Below, one piece after another: positions 1 to 12,740 of a stretch of 64,000 nt of DNA. A model generated the notes under the pieces. That model ran no database searches. It was given only the letters and a program-made list of their open reading frames with translations, and was not told the origin of the DNA. Position 1 is the stretch's first letter. Each line of letters opens with the position of its first letter. The translations under genes and the position numbers were made by a program. This DNA comes from Glaucostegus cemiculus (Eukaryota), in the NCBI GenBank assembly GCA_976551045.1, contig CDPCPM010000092.1, positions 1,054,001-1,118,000 on the forward strand, in the 5' to 3' direction.

Positions 1-66
1 TGCAGGATAGAAATAACTTAGTGTGGAAGTTTGAAGATTTCTAACAGTGTATTTTATATTTTGCAG

Positions 67-396
67 TACATGAAGATTTTGGGAGTGAAGCCATTAGTTC
101 ATTTTCTGGTCTGGTTTCTGGACAGCTTCATTATCTTGGTATTCAGCAGTGCTCTCATCACCATTATCCTTAAAGCCAGCACGATTCTTCCCAACAGTAA
201 TGGATTCATTGTTTTCCTCTACTTTTTGGATTTTGGAGCTTCAGTTATTTCATTGGGCTACTTGATTGCAGCCTTTTTCAGCCACGCTAATACAGCAGCT
301 CTCAGTGCCTGCTTGCTCTATATTATTACCTTCTTTCCCTATATGGTTTTTGTCGTCGTACAGAACCAGATCAGCTTCTCCAGCCAGATTCTAATT
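67..396 (+). CDS. ABCA13: ABCA13 exon 1 of window (TMD1: YMKILGVKPLVHFL...SQILI)
   Basis: ttgcag| acceptor, |gtaagt donor, 330 nt, phase 0-0. Confidence 0.93.
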
Positions 397-1304
397 GTAA
401 GTAGTACAAACCAGTTTTATGATACTTGGTACATTTCTGCAGTTATTGCTTTTGTGATTGATCTGAAATCAATATCTTGTGGGGAAATGTCACTCTGTGC
501 TACATTCAGCAAATTTCAAATGTAAGGAAAGACTTGAAAAGATGTTTTCTTCTCATGAGAATAACATGTAAGACATGTCAAAAATTGGATAGAAAGGAGG
601 CAATAAAGATAAAAATAGATAGGTCCACCAATTAAAAGATGTGCACTGTAGATCTAACAGCAAATTTTTTTTCTACCTGGCTTTCTGGAGGTCAAGAGGG
701 AGCCCAAGGCAGCAGAAGCACTCCAGCTCATCCTGATGCCTTGAAGATATGTTTAACATAGCTTGTTTCGGGACTTCTTCTCTGTCAGCTCAGAATGGGT
801 AGCCTCGGTAGACACCTATTCAGATAATGTCTATTGCCATTGGAATCCCAGTGGTTTTATTGGCATGTATTTTGCATGATGGCATGTATTACTGAGTCAT
901 GTGGCACAATTGTACCTTCAGCTGATCAAAAGATTGAAGTGGAACAGGAAATGAGTTTTCAGAAATTGGACAATAGTCGGACAAACCACTTTGAAAAATG
1001 GATTTTGGAACTGTGGATTGTATTGGCTGAGGTGGTGACTATACAGATTTTTTTTTAAACATACTTAGAATAGGTGGATAGTGGGGAATGGAATTAAATG
1101 ATGAGAACAGAGCAGATGGGTGTGACAAGAGTAAATGGCCAAAGGCCTGTTTCTATACTGTATTCTCTACACCCATATATTTTTCATGCAGAATGTCACC
1201 AACTTAGATTGTGAAAATTTAAGTAATAAGAGTCATTATATTTGACATCTGACTACTTGGAGTGTTATGTCAGTAATAATTTAAAAAATCTCAATTCCAT
1301 TTAG

Positions 1305-1374
1305 TGTCTCCTGTGCACGACTGCATTCAGCCAGGGAGCCTATATTATCACTCTTTTTGAAGGGGAAGGACCAG
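1305..1374 (+). CDS. ABCA13: ABCA13 exon (CLLCTTAFSQGAYIITLFEGEGP)
   Basis: tttag| and |gtaaga, 70 nt, phase 0-1; not in ORF track; resembles human CLLSTTAFGQG. Confidence 0.92.
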
Positions 1375-1846
1375 GTAAGAAACTCTTAAAATGTGGTATC
1401 GACTTGTTTGGCATTCTGATAATAAAAACTGCATGGAAAATATAAATTGACACACATGGTCTGTATTGATTGTGACATTGTCATGAAAACAAAGAGAAGT
1501 AGCAGAACTTCCTGCTAAATATTTGACTGAAGTGAAGATTTTTTAAAGAGTGTAGAATATCTATTATTTGTAAGACCGAAATATATTTGAAGAAATCTTA
1601 TTTTCTGGGAACATAAATCTTCATTTCTGTGCTTATCATTTTCTAATCCCTAAACAATTAGAATTTTTGTCTGATATTTATTGCAGCTGGATTACTTTTC
1701 AACCCCAATCCTACTGCTCCATTGTCTAAAGTGACCTCTCAGTCATTACTTGCATGCTCTTTCTCAGTCTCTGTCCAAACAATTTTACAAAATCACCTCT
1801 GGTTTTAAAAACTTCCAAAACATTCTTTCCTTGAATTTGCCTTCAG

Positions 1847-2290
1847 TACAAAGAACAGTACAACACAAGAATGGGCCCTTTGGCCCATCATATCTGCGCC
1901 GACTATGATGCCAATCTAACTAATCCTATCTAAAGGCACATGGTCTGTATTCCCTGCCTGTTCATGTGTCTGTCTAAATGTCTCTTAAGCATTGCCATTG
2001 TATCTGCTTCTACCACCTTTCCTGGCAGCACATTCCAGACACCTACCACTCTCTGTTTAAACCATAACTTACCTCACAAATCTTTAAACTTTCCCCCTCT
2101 CACTTTCAGTCTATACCCTCTAATATTTGACACTTGCACCCTGGGAAAAAAAAAGACAATGATTATCTACTCCATCTATGTCTCTCATTATTTAATATAC
2201 TCCTTTCAAGTTGTCCCTCAGACTTTGACACACCAGAGAAGACATTCTAACTGTGTCTAACCTCTCCTTATAGCTTATATTCTCCAATCA
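1847..2290 (-). mobile_element. CR1 LINE 3' fragment (resumes at 3161-3219 after the Rex1 insertion)
   Basis: Reverse complement of the CR1 3' end (gggccctttggccc; ccaccactctctg = QRVV motif antisense); similar to 42097-42786. Confidence 0.8.
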
Positions 2291-3160
2291 GGGAGATGAT
2301 AGTGGATTTTAGGAGGGGTCACCGTGTGCACGCCCCGCTGACCATCAACGGGTCTGCTGTGGAACAAGTACGCCGCACCAAGTTCCTGGGGGTGCACATC
2401 ACCGACGACCTGACCTGGTCCACTAACATTACGGCCCTCACGAAGAAAGCTCAGAAACGCCTCTACTTCCTGCGGAGACTGAGGAAAGCGAACTCCCATC
2501 CCTCCGTCATGAAAACCTTCTATAGAGGGACCATTGAGAGCATCCTAACCCAATGTATCACTGTTTGGTTTGGAAGCTGCTCAGCTGCTGGGCGGAAGTC
2601 CCTCCAGAAGATAGTTAGGGCTGCGGAGAGGATCATAGGTGTCTCGCTCCCATCCCTCGCAGACATATACAAAGACCGTTGTGTGAGGAAGACCAAAAGC
2701 ATAATGGCCGACCCTTCTCACCCCTCCCATCACCTCTTTACAATTTTGCCATCAGGGAGAAGGCTTAAATGTATCAGGGCAAGAACGACCAGGCTGAACA
2801 ATAGCTTCTTTCCGCAAGCCATCAAAACTGCAAGCTCTCTCATCCCTCCATCTTCCTTGTTAACACTAAGAGATGCTAGGTGCACAGAAATGCACCAGCA
2901 CTTTAAATGCCCGTCACCAGCCCGTTCACTTTAATAACCATTTATTTATTTACCGGCCATTTTTAATTTAATCTGCGTATTAATTTAATTTGAACTTCCG
3001 TAGTTTTTAATGTTTAATGTTTTTTAATGTTTATTCTGTTAATTCTGTGTGTCTCTTGGTTGTTATTTAATGGGACGAGCACCTGAGGAGGACGGTATCT
3101 CGCTCCTATGCATACTATGTATGTATATGGTTGTGACAATAAAACTGATTCTGATTCTGA
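2291..3160 (+). mobile_element. Rex1/Babar non-LTR retrotransposon, 5'-truncated
   Basis: Open ORF 2296-2934 with MIVDFRR, KFLGVHI, KAQKRLYFLRRL, FYRGTIESIL, LPSGRR, NSFFPQAI; 3' UTR ends AATAAAA(CTGATT)n. Confidence 0.9.
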
Positions 3161-3892
3161 TATTGGTGAACCTCGTCTGTTCCCTCTCTAAAGCCTCCAT
3201 ATACTTCCTGTAATGTGGCTGTATTCATTCTGAATGGTAGCATTCATGATTCCACTGCCACCCTACTAGTGCACGTGCAGTTGCCTCTCAACTAGTCATC
3301 TCAGTCTGATTCTGATCCCTGAATTGCTCAGCATCATCCTCCAAGGTCATCCACAGACTACCACTGAAATTCTACAGCCTTCCATCAGCTAGGCTTCAAC
3401 CAGTGTGTTAGCACTGTGCAAAAGGCATGGAAATGGACCATTAAGAGACTGTATAAGAGTGAACAGTTGATAATTACCTGAATATTTATCTAAAAGCAGT
3501 TGCTTCGTAAGTTTTCTGCTTTCCTCTTCCTTTTCTTAATCTTCCTCCTGCACCTCTTTTGGGATGTGGGAGGAAACCGCAACACGTGGTATTGGGGAAA
3601 CAATAATTTGTGATATAATGTAGCATTGCTGCAGTCGGTTACCTTGTAGCTGGAAGAAATGCATGTATTGTGTTTTTAAAATAGCTTTACTTGTCTTTCA
3701 GTAAATGCTCTTGGAGGCAGAAAGAAGAGCAAAATGGGCAGATAATGTTAAATAAAGAAGACAAAACAAGTGAATTTAATTTTATATTCACTAGCTTTAA
3801 ATCTGAACATATTATGAACTCATCGTCATGTCTCTTTAGAATTGGATCGATCCACAGACTGACTTTTTTCTAAATGGACTTGTGTTTTCCAG

Positions 3893-4027
3893 GACTCCAG
3901 TGGGATAACATGTATGAAGCTGCTGGGGGTGCAGAAAATGTGTCTTTTGCTTGGATTTGCTGGATGATTGTGATAGATTCAGCGATATATCTCATTCTAG
4001 GCTGGTATCTGCATAATATCTTCCCTG
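3893..4027 (+). CDS. ABCA13: ABCA13 exon (GLQWDNMY...WYLHNIFP)
   Basis: ttccag| and |gtatga, 135 nt, phase 1-1. Confidence 0.93.
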
Positions 4028-6031
4028 GTATGAAAAGCAATTCTTCTTCACTGTAATTATCATTGCAAATTTGTACTACAGTTGGGGGAATATATTTATT
4101 TTAGAAGATGAAACATGGTTATAGAAGAAGCCAAGGGCTCCATGGTTATTTACGGAGGTGATCTGGAATATACTTACTGAAATTTATGTTCGTGTAAATT
4201 GTTTTTTTTAAAGCTACACTACCTGTAATAAGGATTACATTAGAAATTGTTGGGAGAGTTTATTAAAAGCCCTCTGGTATGAACAAAGAATAATTAGTCT
4301 GCTTTAAATAGTTAAAAGCAATATATTGTAAAATGTGTTACAGAATCTTACAGACTACAGCCCATTCTGTGTGTGCTACTGCCAATTTTTCACTTAGAGT
4401 TGTCTGCATAATTCTATTCTCCTCTCTTTTCCCCATGCATATTTATGTAATTTTTTTTTTCAAATGGTTGTGGTGTTCTTTTTAAAATTATATTCTAAGG
4501 GTAAATGTTATTAATTCACTCACTTGGTGTAGATCACAAAACAAGAACTTGAAGAGAACATTGATCTCTGCAGAATTTTCTGCTCATTTTTATTGATGCA
4601 TGTTAAATCCTTCAGGGATCACTTACTTCCCTGCTGAGATTCTTTATATGTGTTCCCAGCCAGTTAAGTTCCCAGTTCAAACTAGTTACATATGTAAAGC
4701 ATTTTAAAATGAACAACCTACGCCATTATGTTTCTAAAGAATAACACTTTTCTTGTAGAAATTTTGCTTTATTTGGAATTCTCTAAGATTCACTTTCATG
4801 TTTGAGTGAAAAGAATCCAAAAATCCCACTGGAACTTGGTAACATACTAATGAATCTGCTTTGCATCCTTTCCTCAAGACATGCATAAAATTAAATGCAG
4901 TACTCCACCTGCAGCTTAACCAATGCATTGTCCAGTTTTGTTATCACTTCCTTGTTAAAAATAAGACCTATACATATAAATCCTTTTGTCTTTTTCATGG
5001 CCATTTCTACTAGCAGTTACCACTGAAAGATTTTTGTATCTACAATCTATAACCTATAACTATTCTGTCCTTTGACTCTGTTTAAAAACCTTACAGTTTA
5101 AAGTAGGGATACCCGAACATTAATACTTAGCCTGTGGCAGCTCTGAATTTGGCTTGCTGAAATGGAACATTCCTGGTCCGCTCAAGACTCATAACTCAAA
5201 AAAAAATGCCCCGTCTGGAAACATTGATTATTTCTGAAGTTATACTGTAATTTCCATACAAAGTCTGTCTTTAACCACTAAACTGAGGTTACTGGAGATA
5301 GTGCTACCCATTTGTTGCTCCCAGTGTCACAGGAGTGTGACCCAGTAGTGGGCCTATTATAAGGAAGTTGCACTGTCCAAGTGATTCTGTCAGTTTGAGC
5401 TATTTGGCTTATAGAAATTCAACTGGAGAAGGCTTATATGTCATCCATCATTTCCTCCAACTAGAAAATAATCATCCAAATATAAAGTGCTTAAGTAGAT
5501 TTGCTTTAAACAGATGCCCATTTTTTCTATAAGATCACACCTGCTGTTTACAGTAGCCCCACATTTATAAGTTATTTCTACGAATGGAAAATGGAGGAGA
5601 TTTCGGCTCATACGCCCAACACAACACTATGCATTTTGTTCAATCTCAAAAGTATCATTTTGCCTAGATTCCCTCAGCCATTTCCATGAAGCTATATCCT
5701 TTTAAATACCATTTGGCTCAATCTTTATAACAGATTACCATGCAAAGGCTTTCTGAAAATTCATTTATATACTGCACTTTCTGTGGCATTACTATAAAAC
5801 TGAATTACATTAATTTTATTTAGGGATTAAAATAAATATTCATGTCAATTTTGTGTAATGAAAATGACATTGATTCATTTATATGCTCCTCCTTTCCAAA
5901 GTTTTAACAGATGTGTGAAATACTTTTGAGAATGCTTGTCTGTAAATGCATTAATAGTCTTTTATCTATGTGCACATAAAAAGCCATGTATAATGTAAGT
6001 ATCACTTTTAACTTTACCTCTCATATTTTAG

Positions 6032-6184
6032 GTAAATATGGGACCCGCAGACCTTGGTATTTCCCATTTAAAGGTTCATATTGGATGAATCTGTGCAATT
6101 GTGCAAAAAGGCATGATAGAAAGATAGGAGAAGGCTACTGGGCCCAAAATCTGAACAACTACAACCAGCAAATGAATGGAAAAG
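6032..6184 (+). CDS. ABCA13: ABCA13 exon (GKYGTRRPWYFPF...MNGK)
   Basis: tttag| and |gtaaaa, 153 nt, phase 1-1; conserved PWYFPF. Confidence 0.92.
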
Positions 6185-6264
6185 GTAAAATTTAAATTTT
6201 CTGTCTCTCTAATTTTTCTTTATCTGAGAATCTACTTAGAGATATTTTAAAAAAAAAGCAAATT

Positions 6265-6385
6265 GCTACAGGTGATTAAAATCTGAAATAAAAACGCAAA
6301 ATGCTGGAAATAGACAACAGATCAGGCAGAATTTGTGTAGAGAAAAAATGTTTTATGTTTCTGGGAAATTAATCTTCATAAGGCT
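6265..6385 (-). mobile_element. Penelope-like terminal repeat fragment (degenerate)
   Basis: Antisense match to the ctgcctga...tttccagcattt...tttattt tail seen at 23400-23500 and 34700-34760. Confidence 0.6.
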
Positions 6386-8477
6386 TGTTAAGGAAACAGT
6401 AAAGCTGAATTTCCACTGCACAGTGCCCATCCCTATATCTGCAAACTCTTCCAGCCCTAAGGCCCTCTAAAACCTCCATGTTCCTTAAATGTTGGCCTCT
6501 TGGGTGGCCAACCCCTCCCCCTTTCATTTGCTCTCAGATAGTTATGTCATACATTCTAGCAGGCCTTCTTTAGATCTTTTCACCAATTTGCATGTTTCTC
6601 CTCAGAACTGTGAAATTGCAATCTGAAGCTCTTGTGCATTAGTGTGCAATGAAATGGAATCCTTCCTTCCCAAACCACTTTTTGTCCCTCTGAACTTATT
6701 ACCTTGATGATAGTTTGTGTGTGATATGGTTAATAATCTGGAAATTATGATCCTTGAATCACAACATGTTAACTTATCCCCCTTCCTCTGGGAAATCTCT
6801 TTATAGGACTTCTAGCTTCCATTTTCAATGTTGTAATCCCAACATGGTGCACAACGTCATTACTGAGTTCTCCCTCTCCAATATTATTTCAATCTGGTTC
6901 AAGATATCTCTTATCCTGGCATGAGGTAGACAGCATTTCATATGAGACTCTCAAATCAGCTTGCTAAGGATGATATTTGTCCCTCTAATTACTGAATCCC
7001 TAAAAATACCATAAAACATGTTCTCTCCTCCCCACTTTAGAAGGCTTCCTGCCACAAGGTATCATATGCAGTTTGCTAACTGACCTTCTGAATTTTTTTT
7101 ATCCTCACTGGTAAGAAAGGCATTAAAGCTGTTAAATAGGGGCAGTGTCTACAGTTGCTCATTCTCACCTGTATATTATGCAAATCCAATCCACTGACTG
7201 CATGTATTGGGAAATTTTGCATTGCATTGGACTTAAAAATTGTGGACATTGCACCCACTTTATTGTTGTGTGCAGAAGTTAGTCATTGGTCATTCATAAT
7301 TGTAAAATTATCCATTGGCGTTCAAAACTATTTACTTTTATTCCATTATTTTCTTATTTTTGTGATTATGTAATTCATTCCTGTACTTCTTTAGTGAACT
7401 TTTTTTTGTAGCAACTCATGAACTACCATTGGCACATTGTGAATAGCCATAAAATATCTGTGAATTTCTGGCCTGCAAAGTATGTGGTTTCCACATGTTT
7501 CTGTACTTTCTGTGAGTTAATTAAGGAATACTTAAAAAAAATCTAATTGTAATCTACTTGGCTTAATCTAAAGGTAAATCTTAGTCTAAACCTGGTCAGC
7601 AGGAAATGGGCAGCCTTTAATAAAATGTATCCTCTCCCTTCTCTTTTATCATTTCTTAACTAGGTCCTTTTGTTCAAAATAGAAATTGGTATCCTATAAC
7701 TACATTAGCACTCCAAATGCATTGTAACTGCAGGTAGATGTTCTAAATGGTGAATGTTATGAGCATTCAAAGAGACTGCTTGATGCTATGGATTCCTACA
7801 AAGAAAGCAGGTGTCTCTGTTCCCTATCTTCCTACTTATAACCAGCAGAACCCACCACCAATCTAGCTGGCTGCCAATAAAATTAACAGCGGCCACTGAT
7901 CAAAGTATCCAAGCAGGAGCTGGTCACTTCACTGCAGACAATTTAGTCAGACAGCAGGCCAATGGGAGGATACATAGCTGTTAAAACACCCTCAGATCCT
8001 CCAATTGCTCAAATCATGTTAATAATGAATCACTAATCTTACTGTATCTTATTACATATATCGTATCTTTAACCATGCAAATTAATGATTAGGGTGGACA
8101 TGAAATATGTGATTAAACACACAGAAACCTAGGATATATTGTAAAGGACAAGCATTAGAATATGATTAGAATGCCAAACAGAAACATAATGGGCCAGTTA
8201 CTGGATACATATTTTAACACTTTATTCATTTGCATTATATTTCTCTTTGGAGCAGTACATTTGGCACACTCAAGAAAATTGGTTTATGAACCATGCCAGA
8301 TTTTAAACCACGTTATGACTTTGTATTGCATTCTCAATTTTGTTTCATGGATCTCATTTCATGGTTTAAGGATGTGCTGTCAGTTTCTGAAGGTTGAATT
8401 TTCTTGCAAGAAATATGGAAATGTAAAAAAATAAAGACCATACAAAATACCCTTTAAACTTTGTCTGAGAAATCACC

Positions 8478-8724
8478 GATAGTGTAGTGGTTAGCGCGAC
8501 GCTGTTACAGCGCCAGCGACCGGGGTTCGATTCCCGGCGCTGACTGTAAGGAGTTTGTACATTCTCCCGTGTCTGCGTGGGTTTCCTCCGGGTGCTCCGG
8601 TTTCCTCCCACATTGTAAAATACGTACGGGTAGGTTAATTTGGGGGTTTAAAATGGGCTGCATGGACTCATTGGGCTGAAAGGGCCTGTTACCATGCTGT
8701 AAATAAAATTTTTTAAAAAATTTA
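8478..8724 (+). mobile_element. tRNA-derived V-SINE (HE1-like) with CR1-like tail
   Basis: A box tagtgtagtggttag, B box gggttcgattccc, V domain gggtttcctccgggtgctccggtttcctcccaca, tail gggctgaaagggcctgtt. Confidence 0.88.
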
Positions 8725-8899
8725 AAGAGTAAGATTGCTACTATCTGTAGTTATTGCATGTTTATCATGATAGCAGTTTACTGAAGATGGAATATCATTT
8801 ACTTTTACCTATCTCTGATAAGTGATTTTAAAAACCATTGCACTGAGTTATAATATGAATGAAGAAGGTCAGAGTAACCAATATCAACTTAGGCACTGG

Positions 8900-9580
8900 A
8901 TTTAGACATTTTGGAAGTTACTTCCATCAATGTCAACCTTTCAAAGTTCCCAAGAAAACTTCAGGAATGATGTTTAAATTGGGACAGCTGTCTTACAGAA
9001 TAGTCCTGTCACAATATGAAGTAGTTACAGAATCAGACATTGCAACTAGTACTGCAAGGCTAATACTTGCAGCCAATACAGCTTTATTGCCTTAACATAA
9101 TCCTTGGATATCATCTGCCCTACCAGTAGGTTCGGACCATGAAATATAGAGACACAGTTGGGAGAAAGCGGCCGTGCTACTCCTCAACATTGACTCTAGA
9201 TCCTATGAAGCCTCCAAGCTTCAGTACAGTCACAAGCATGGAAATCTCCTCCTACTTATTGTCTCAGCACAAGGACACAAAATGTACTCTGGATTGGGAC
9301 TAATGCCCAATGTTAACTGTGACTCAGTAGAACTACTATCAACTGAGCTAACCAAGACCTAACCATAACCAAGGCAATGCTATCAGGCTGGGCTCCGACA
9401 GGTAGTGACAGCAGGGCTAAGCTTTATCTTCACCAACCTTTCTGTGTGTATCTGTCCATAGCAGGGCTGGAAGAAGTGACCACTGCACAATCCTTAGCCT
9501 GTCTTTACACCAAGTACATCCATCATTGTGATGTGTGACACTTTATTTGTGCTAAATGGAATAGACTCAGAACGGATATT
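8900..9580 (+). mobile_element. Degenerate LINE (CR1/L2 group) endonuclease-region remnant
   Basis: Residual KLGQLSYR, GRSDHCT (SDH motif of APE endonucleases) and AKWNRLRTD peptides across frameshifts. Confidence 0.5.
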
Positions 9581-9686
9581 GAAAATAAAAACTACTGATG
9601 CTTGACCCTATAAATTAATTTATGTAAATAAAAGAATCAGGTTTAGAATTATGACAGACATGTTATCTGTTCTTTTCTTTCAATAG

Positions 9687-9885
9687 AAGACACCTTGAAT
9701 TATATGAACTTCCCTGGAAAAGAAGCAGCAGCCACTAAATTGGAGATTGGAGTAGCTGTAAGGTCTCTCACCAAAGTTTATAAGCATAGTGACAAAGTAG
9801 CTATTAAAGACTTGAACCTTGATTTCTACAAAGGAGAAATTACAGCTTTGTTGGGACCTAATGGAGCAGGAAAGACAACGACAAT
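9687..9885 (+). CDS. ABCA13: ABCA13 exon, NBD1 Walker A (GPNGAGKTT)
   Basis: caatag| (NAGNAG) and |gtaagt, 199 nt, phase 1-2. Confidence 0.92.
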
Positions 9886-11090
9886 GTAAGTGATGATTTA
9901 CAATCTACTAAAAAAACCTAAAATAACTGCAGATAAATGGAAGAATTTGACCTGGTTTGGATTTGACCATTACTTTTCACTAGTGGTGGTCAGTTCATTA
10001 TCAAAACATTTCTGTAGTTAAAGGTTTGGTGAGTAAGTCGGTTTCTTTTTTCACTGGGTCCTTTTTCTCTCTCAAACTGTGCATTTAAATAGCTTCAGGA
10101 AATGCTTCTTGATAGATTTTTAACTTTGAACAGATTTTATTGACAGATTTGATTAAAAAGGCTTTTCTTTAAGTATATATTAAGTAGCACTGAACTGGTT
10201 GGTTTTCCATTTATGATGCCAATGCAAAGAAATAATTAAATTAGCTGTAAGTGAAAGTGTTATTTACATGCTGTATGTGTTGCTGGATGTAATTTTTACT
10301 CTTTACAAATCCCATTCCTTTTCCTGGTGTGTTTACTTTTAGGAGCCACAGCACAATTATATTTCAAAGTTCCATAGATTTAAGTGGAAATATATATAAT
10401 TGTAATATATAATCAGCCAACCTTGGCTTGAGAGACACAATCAATATAAAATTTTCACTATTTTGTTGTCCCCAGCTGCAAATACCCTAAGGATGTCAGC
10501 TAACCCTCCATAAGCAACAGGAACATGGCACCTGCTCTTTCAGGATTCTCTGCCTACCCCGTGTGAGGCAAATGTAGCCTACTGTGTGGGTCCAATGATA
10601 TAATAGCCTACCGTAGGAAGTCCATCTTTCCTGATGTATTCAGGACTGGTCTGGATATTTTCTGTTAGCTGGTACACTGAATGAAACAAGAAAACTATTC
10701 TGGACCTTAGAAAATAGTTTCCTAAGATTAATGTTGAAGCTACATGATTCAATTTAGACATCAACCCACTTCCCATCCCTACCAAAACTACATATCTCAT
10801 GCTAGAAAGTGCCCAGTTGAATTTCTGTATTCATGTGAAATGTTTCAAAAAACTGTTTCAGTCAAAATTAATCCAATTTTCAGTTCATAATGGTAAAACA
10901 AAAATGCCATGGAATTCCTGGCTCTGAATTCTTTGCAATATAAATGGGACATTATTGAATGTAATGAAAGAGAATTACAAAAATGAAAATTTGTAATTAC
11001 TCAATTATTAATAAAAATGTTTATTGCTGCTTTACAGTCTATTAAATTGTGTCTCCTAAAACAATCTATGGTGATTTGCTTTCTACATAG

Positions 11091-11309
11091 GTCAATGTTA
11101 ACTGGGTTGCACCAGCCCACCTTTGGAGCTGTTTATGTTGATGGAAGGAATATGAATCGAGATATGTCAGTAATTAGGGAAGAGCTGGGAGTGTGCCTAC
11201 AACATGATGTCCTGTTTGAGAGCTTAACTGTTCGTGAACACCTCCTGTTATTTGGCAAAATAAAAGCACCAGAGTGGACAAAAGAGAAGTTGCTTGAAGA
11301 GGTGAACAT
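11091..11309 (+). CDS. ABCA13: ABCA13 exon, NBD1 Q-loop (SMLTGLHQPT...GVCLQHDVLF...EEVN)
   Basis: catag| and |gtaagt, 219 nt, phase 2-2. Confidence 0.95.
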
Positions 11310-12228
11310 GTAAGTCTCAGTGTGTTGACATACTACATAAATAAATATTTACAGAAGAGCTTTGGGCAGGAGTTTCTGCTGTGTGGTATTTAATTTTTAA
11401 GTGCATCTGACCCAAACATGGCCAAACAATTTCAAGCCTGAAGTGCAAATCCAGTTTCCAGAACCTTTTGCACTCCTTTCAAAAGCATCCCACAAATCTG
11501 GGCATGCCCCCAGACTAAATTGATCAGCGTGTTGAAAATTTTGCTCATTTATGGCCAAAATTTTGTAAGTTAACACAAATTATGTTTCAGATTTTGTGGT
11601 TATAAAGGTGAATGTTTAGTAAGATTTTGAAAGAAAATGTTATTTGAAAGAGTATCTCCCAAACTCTGCTTACCCCTAGCATTTGCGAAGATTATTTTTT
11701 GGCTAGTCAGCTACCTGATCTCAAGAAACCATCGTCTTATTCAAAAATGTCCAAATCAAGCTAAAAGATCTGAACTGGCAAAATTTCTGTTTACCTGATA
11801 TACTGTACGTGTAAACTCCTCATAAGCCTTGGTTCTGTCCCCTACAGATAGCTTTGCAGTGAGTTTACATATAGTTTGAACAGAAGAGTTGGAGTCAACT
11901 TGAAATACAGAGGGCAAATGTGTAATAAAACTAAACAACCTGCCTCAGTAAATCAGTAGAAAACAAGCCAGTAAGGTCACCCATCTAACTAGTTCTTGTG
12001 TTTGTATTATGGACTCCAGGATAGGAAAGAATCTAGTGGGCCATATGTTGTGTCTTTGTTTGTATTGGTGCTTAATCTCAGTGTTCACCCAGCTTTTGCA
12101 TTATGGCTGGTGGAAAGTTGTTGATTGTCTGTTGGCAGAACTCAGATACCTTGGAGAAATAGCTTGAGTGATTCTGGGTTTATCAGGTACTATAAACCCG
12201 CTGCCAAACCCATCCTATCATTCCTGCT

Positions 12229-12450
12229 GCTGCCTGTAAGGAGTTTGTACGTTCTCTCCGTGCCTGCATGGGTTTCCTCCGGGTGCTCTGGTTTCCTCCC
12301 ACGTTCCAAAGATGTACAGATTAGGAGCTGTAGGCATGCTATGTTGGCACCAGAAGAGTGGCAACACTTGTGGGCTGCCCCAGCACATTCTCAGAAACGC
12401 AAAAAGACGCATTTCACTGTGTGTTTTGATGTACACGTGACTAATTAAAA
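12229..12450 (+). mobile_element. V-SINE, 5'-truncated, with non-CR1 tail
   Basis: Shares ctgtaaggagtttgtac and the V domain with the 8478 copy; tail catttcactgtgtgttttgatgtacacgtgactaattaaa. Confidence 0.82.
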
Positions 12451-12589
12451 ATATCTAAAAACTATCTACTCTCTACCAAATCTTCTTAACATGTGCTGAC
12501 TGGCTGACAGACAGTAACAAAGATCCTGATAGAATGACTTCACAATGTCTTTTGTCTGTTTCTTTTTGTTTCCCATCTATTTTAAGAAT

Positions 12590-12740
12590 TCCCTCAGGAT
12601 CCATCTAATTGATCAAGCTTTTAAGCACTAATCCTGATATCTCCTTTTGCCCATTGTCTATTTTATCTTATTATTTCTGTGAACTATCTCTGCATGTATT
12701 TCTACAGTAAGGATCCTACATAAATGCATCTTATTGTTGA
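12590..12740 (+). mobile_element. L2-like LINE 3' end remnant
   Basis: Ends in ...cctacataaatgcatcttattgttg, resembling a recalled L2-type tail. Confidence 0.4.

Noticed and set aside
8478-8550. tRNA gene
   Set aside because: A and B boxes are present but there is no complete cloverleaf, and the sequence runs directly into the V-SINE body.
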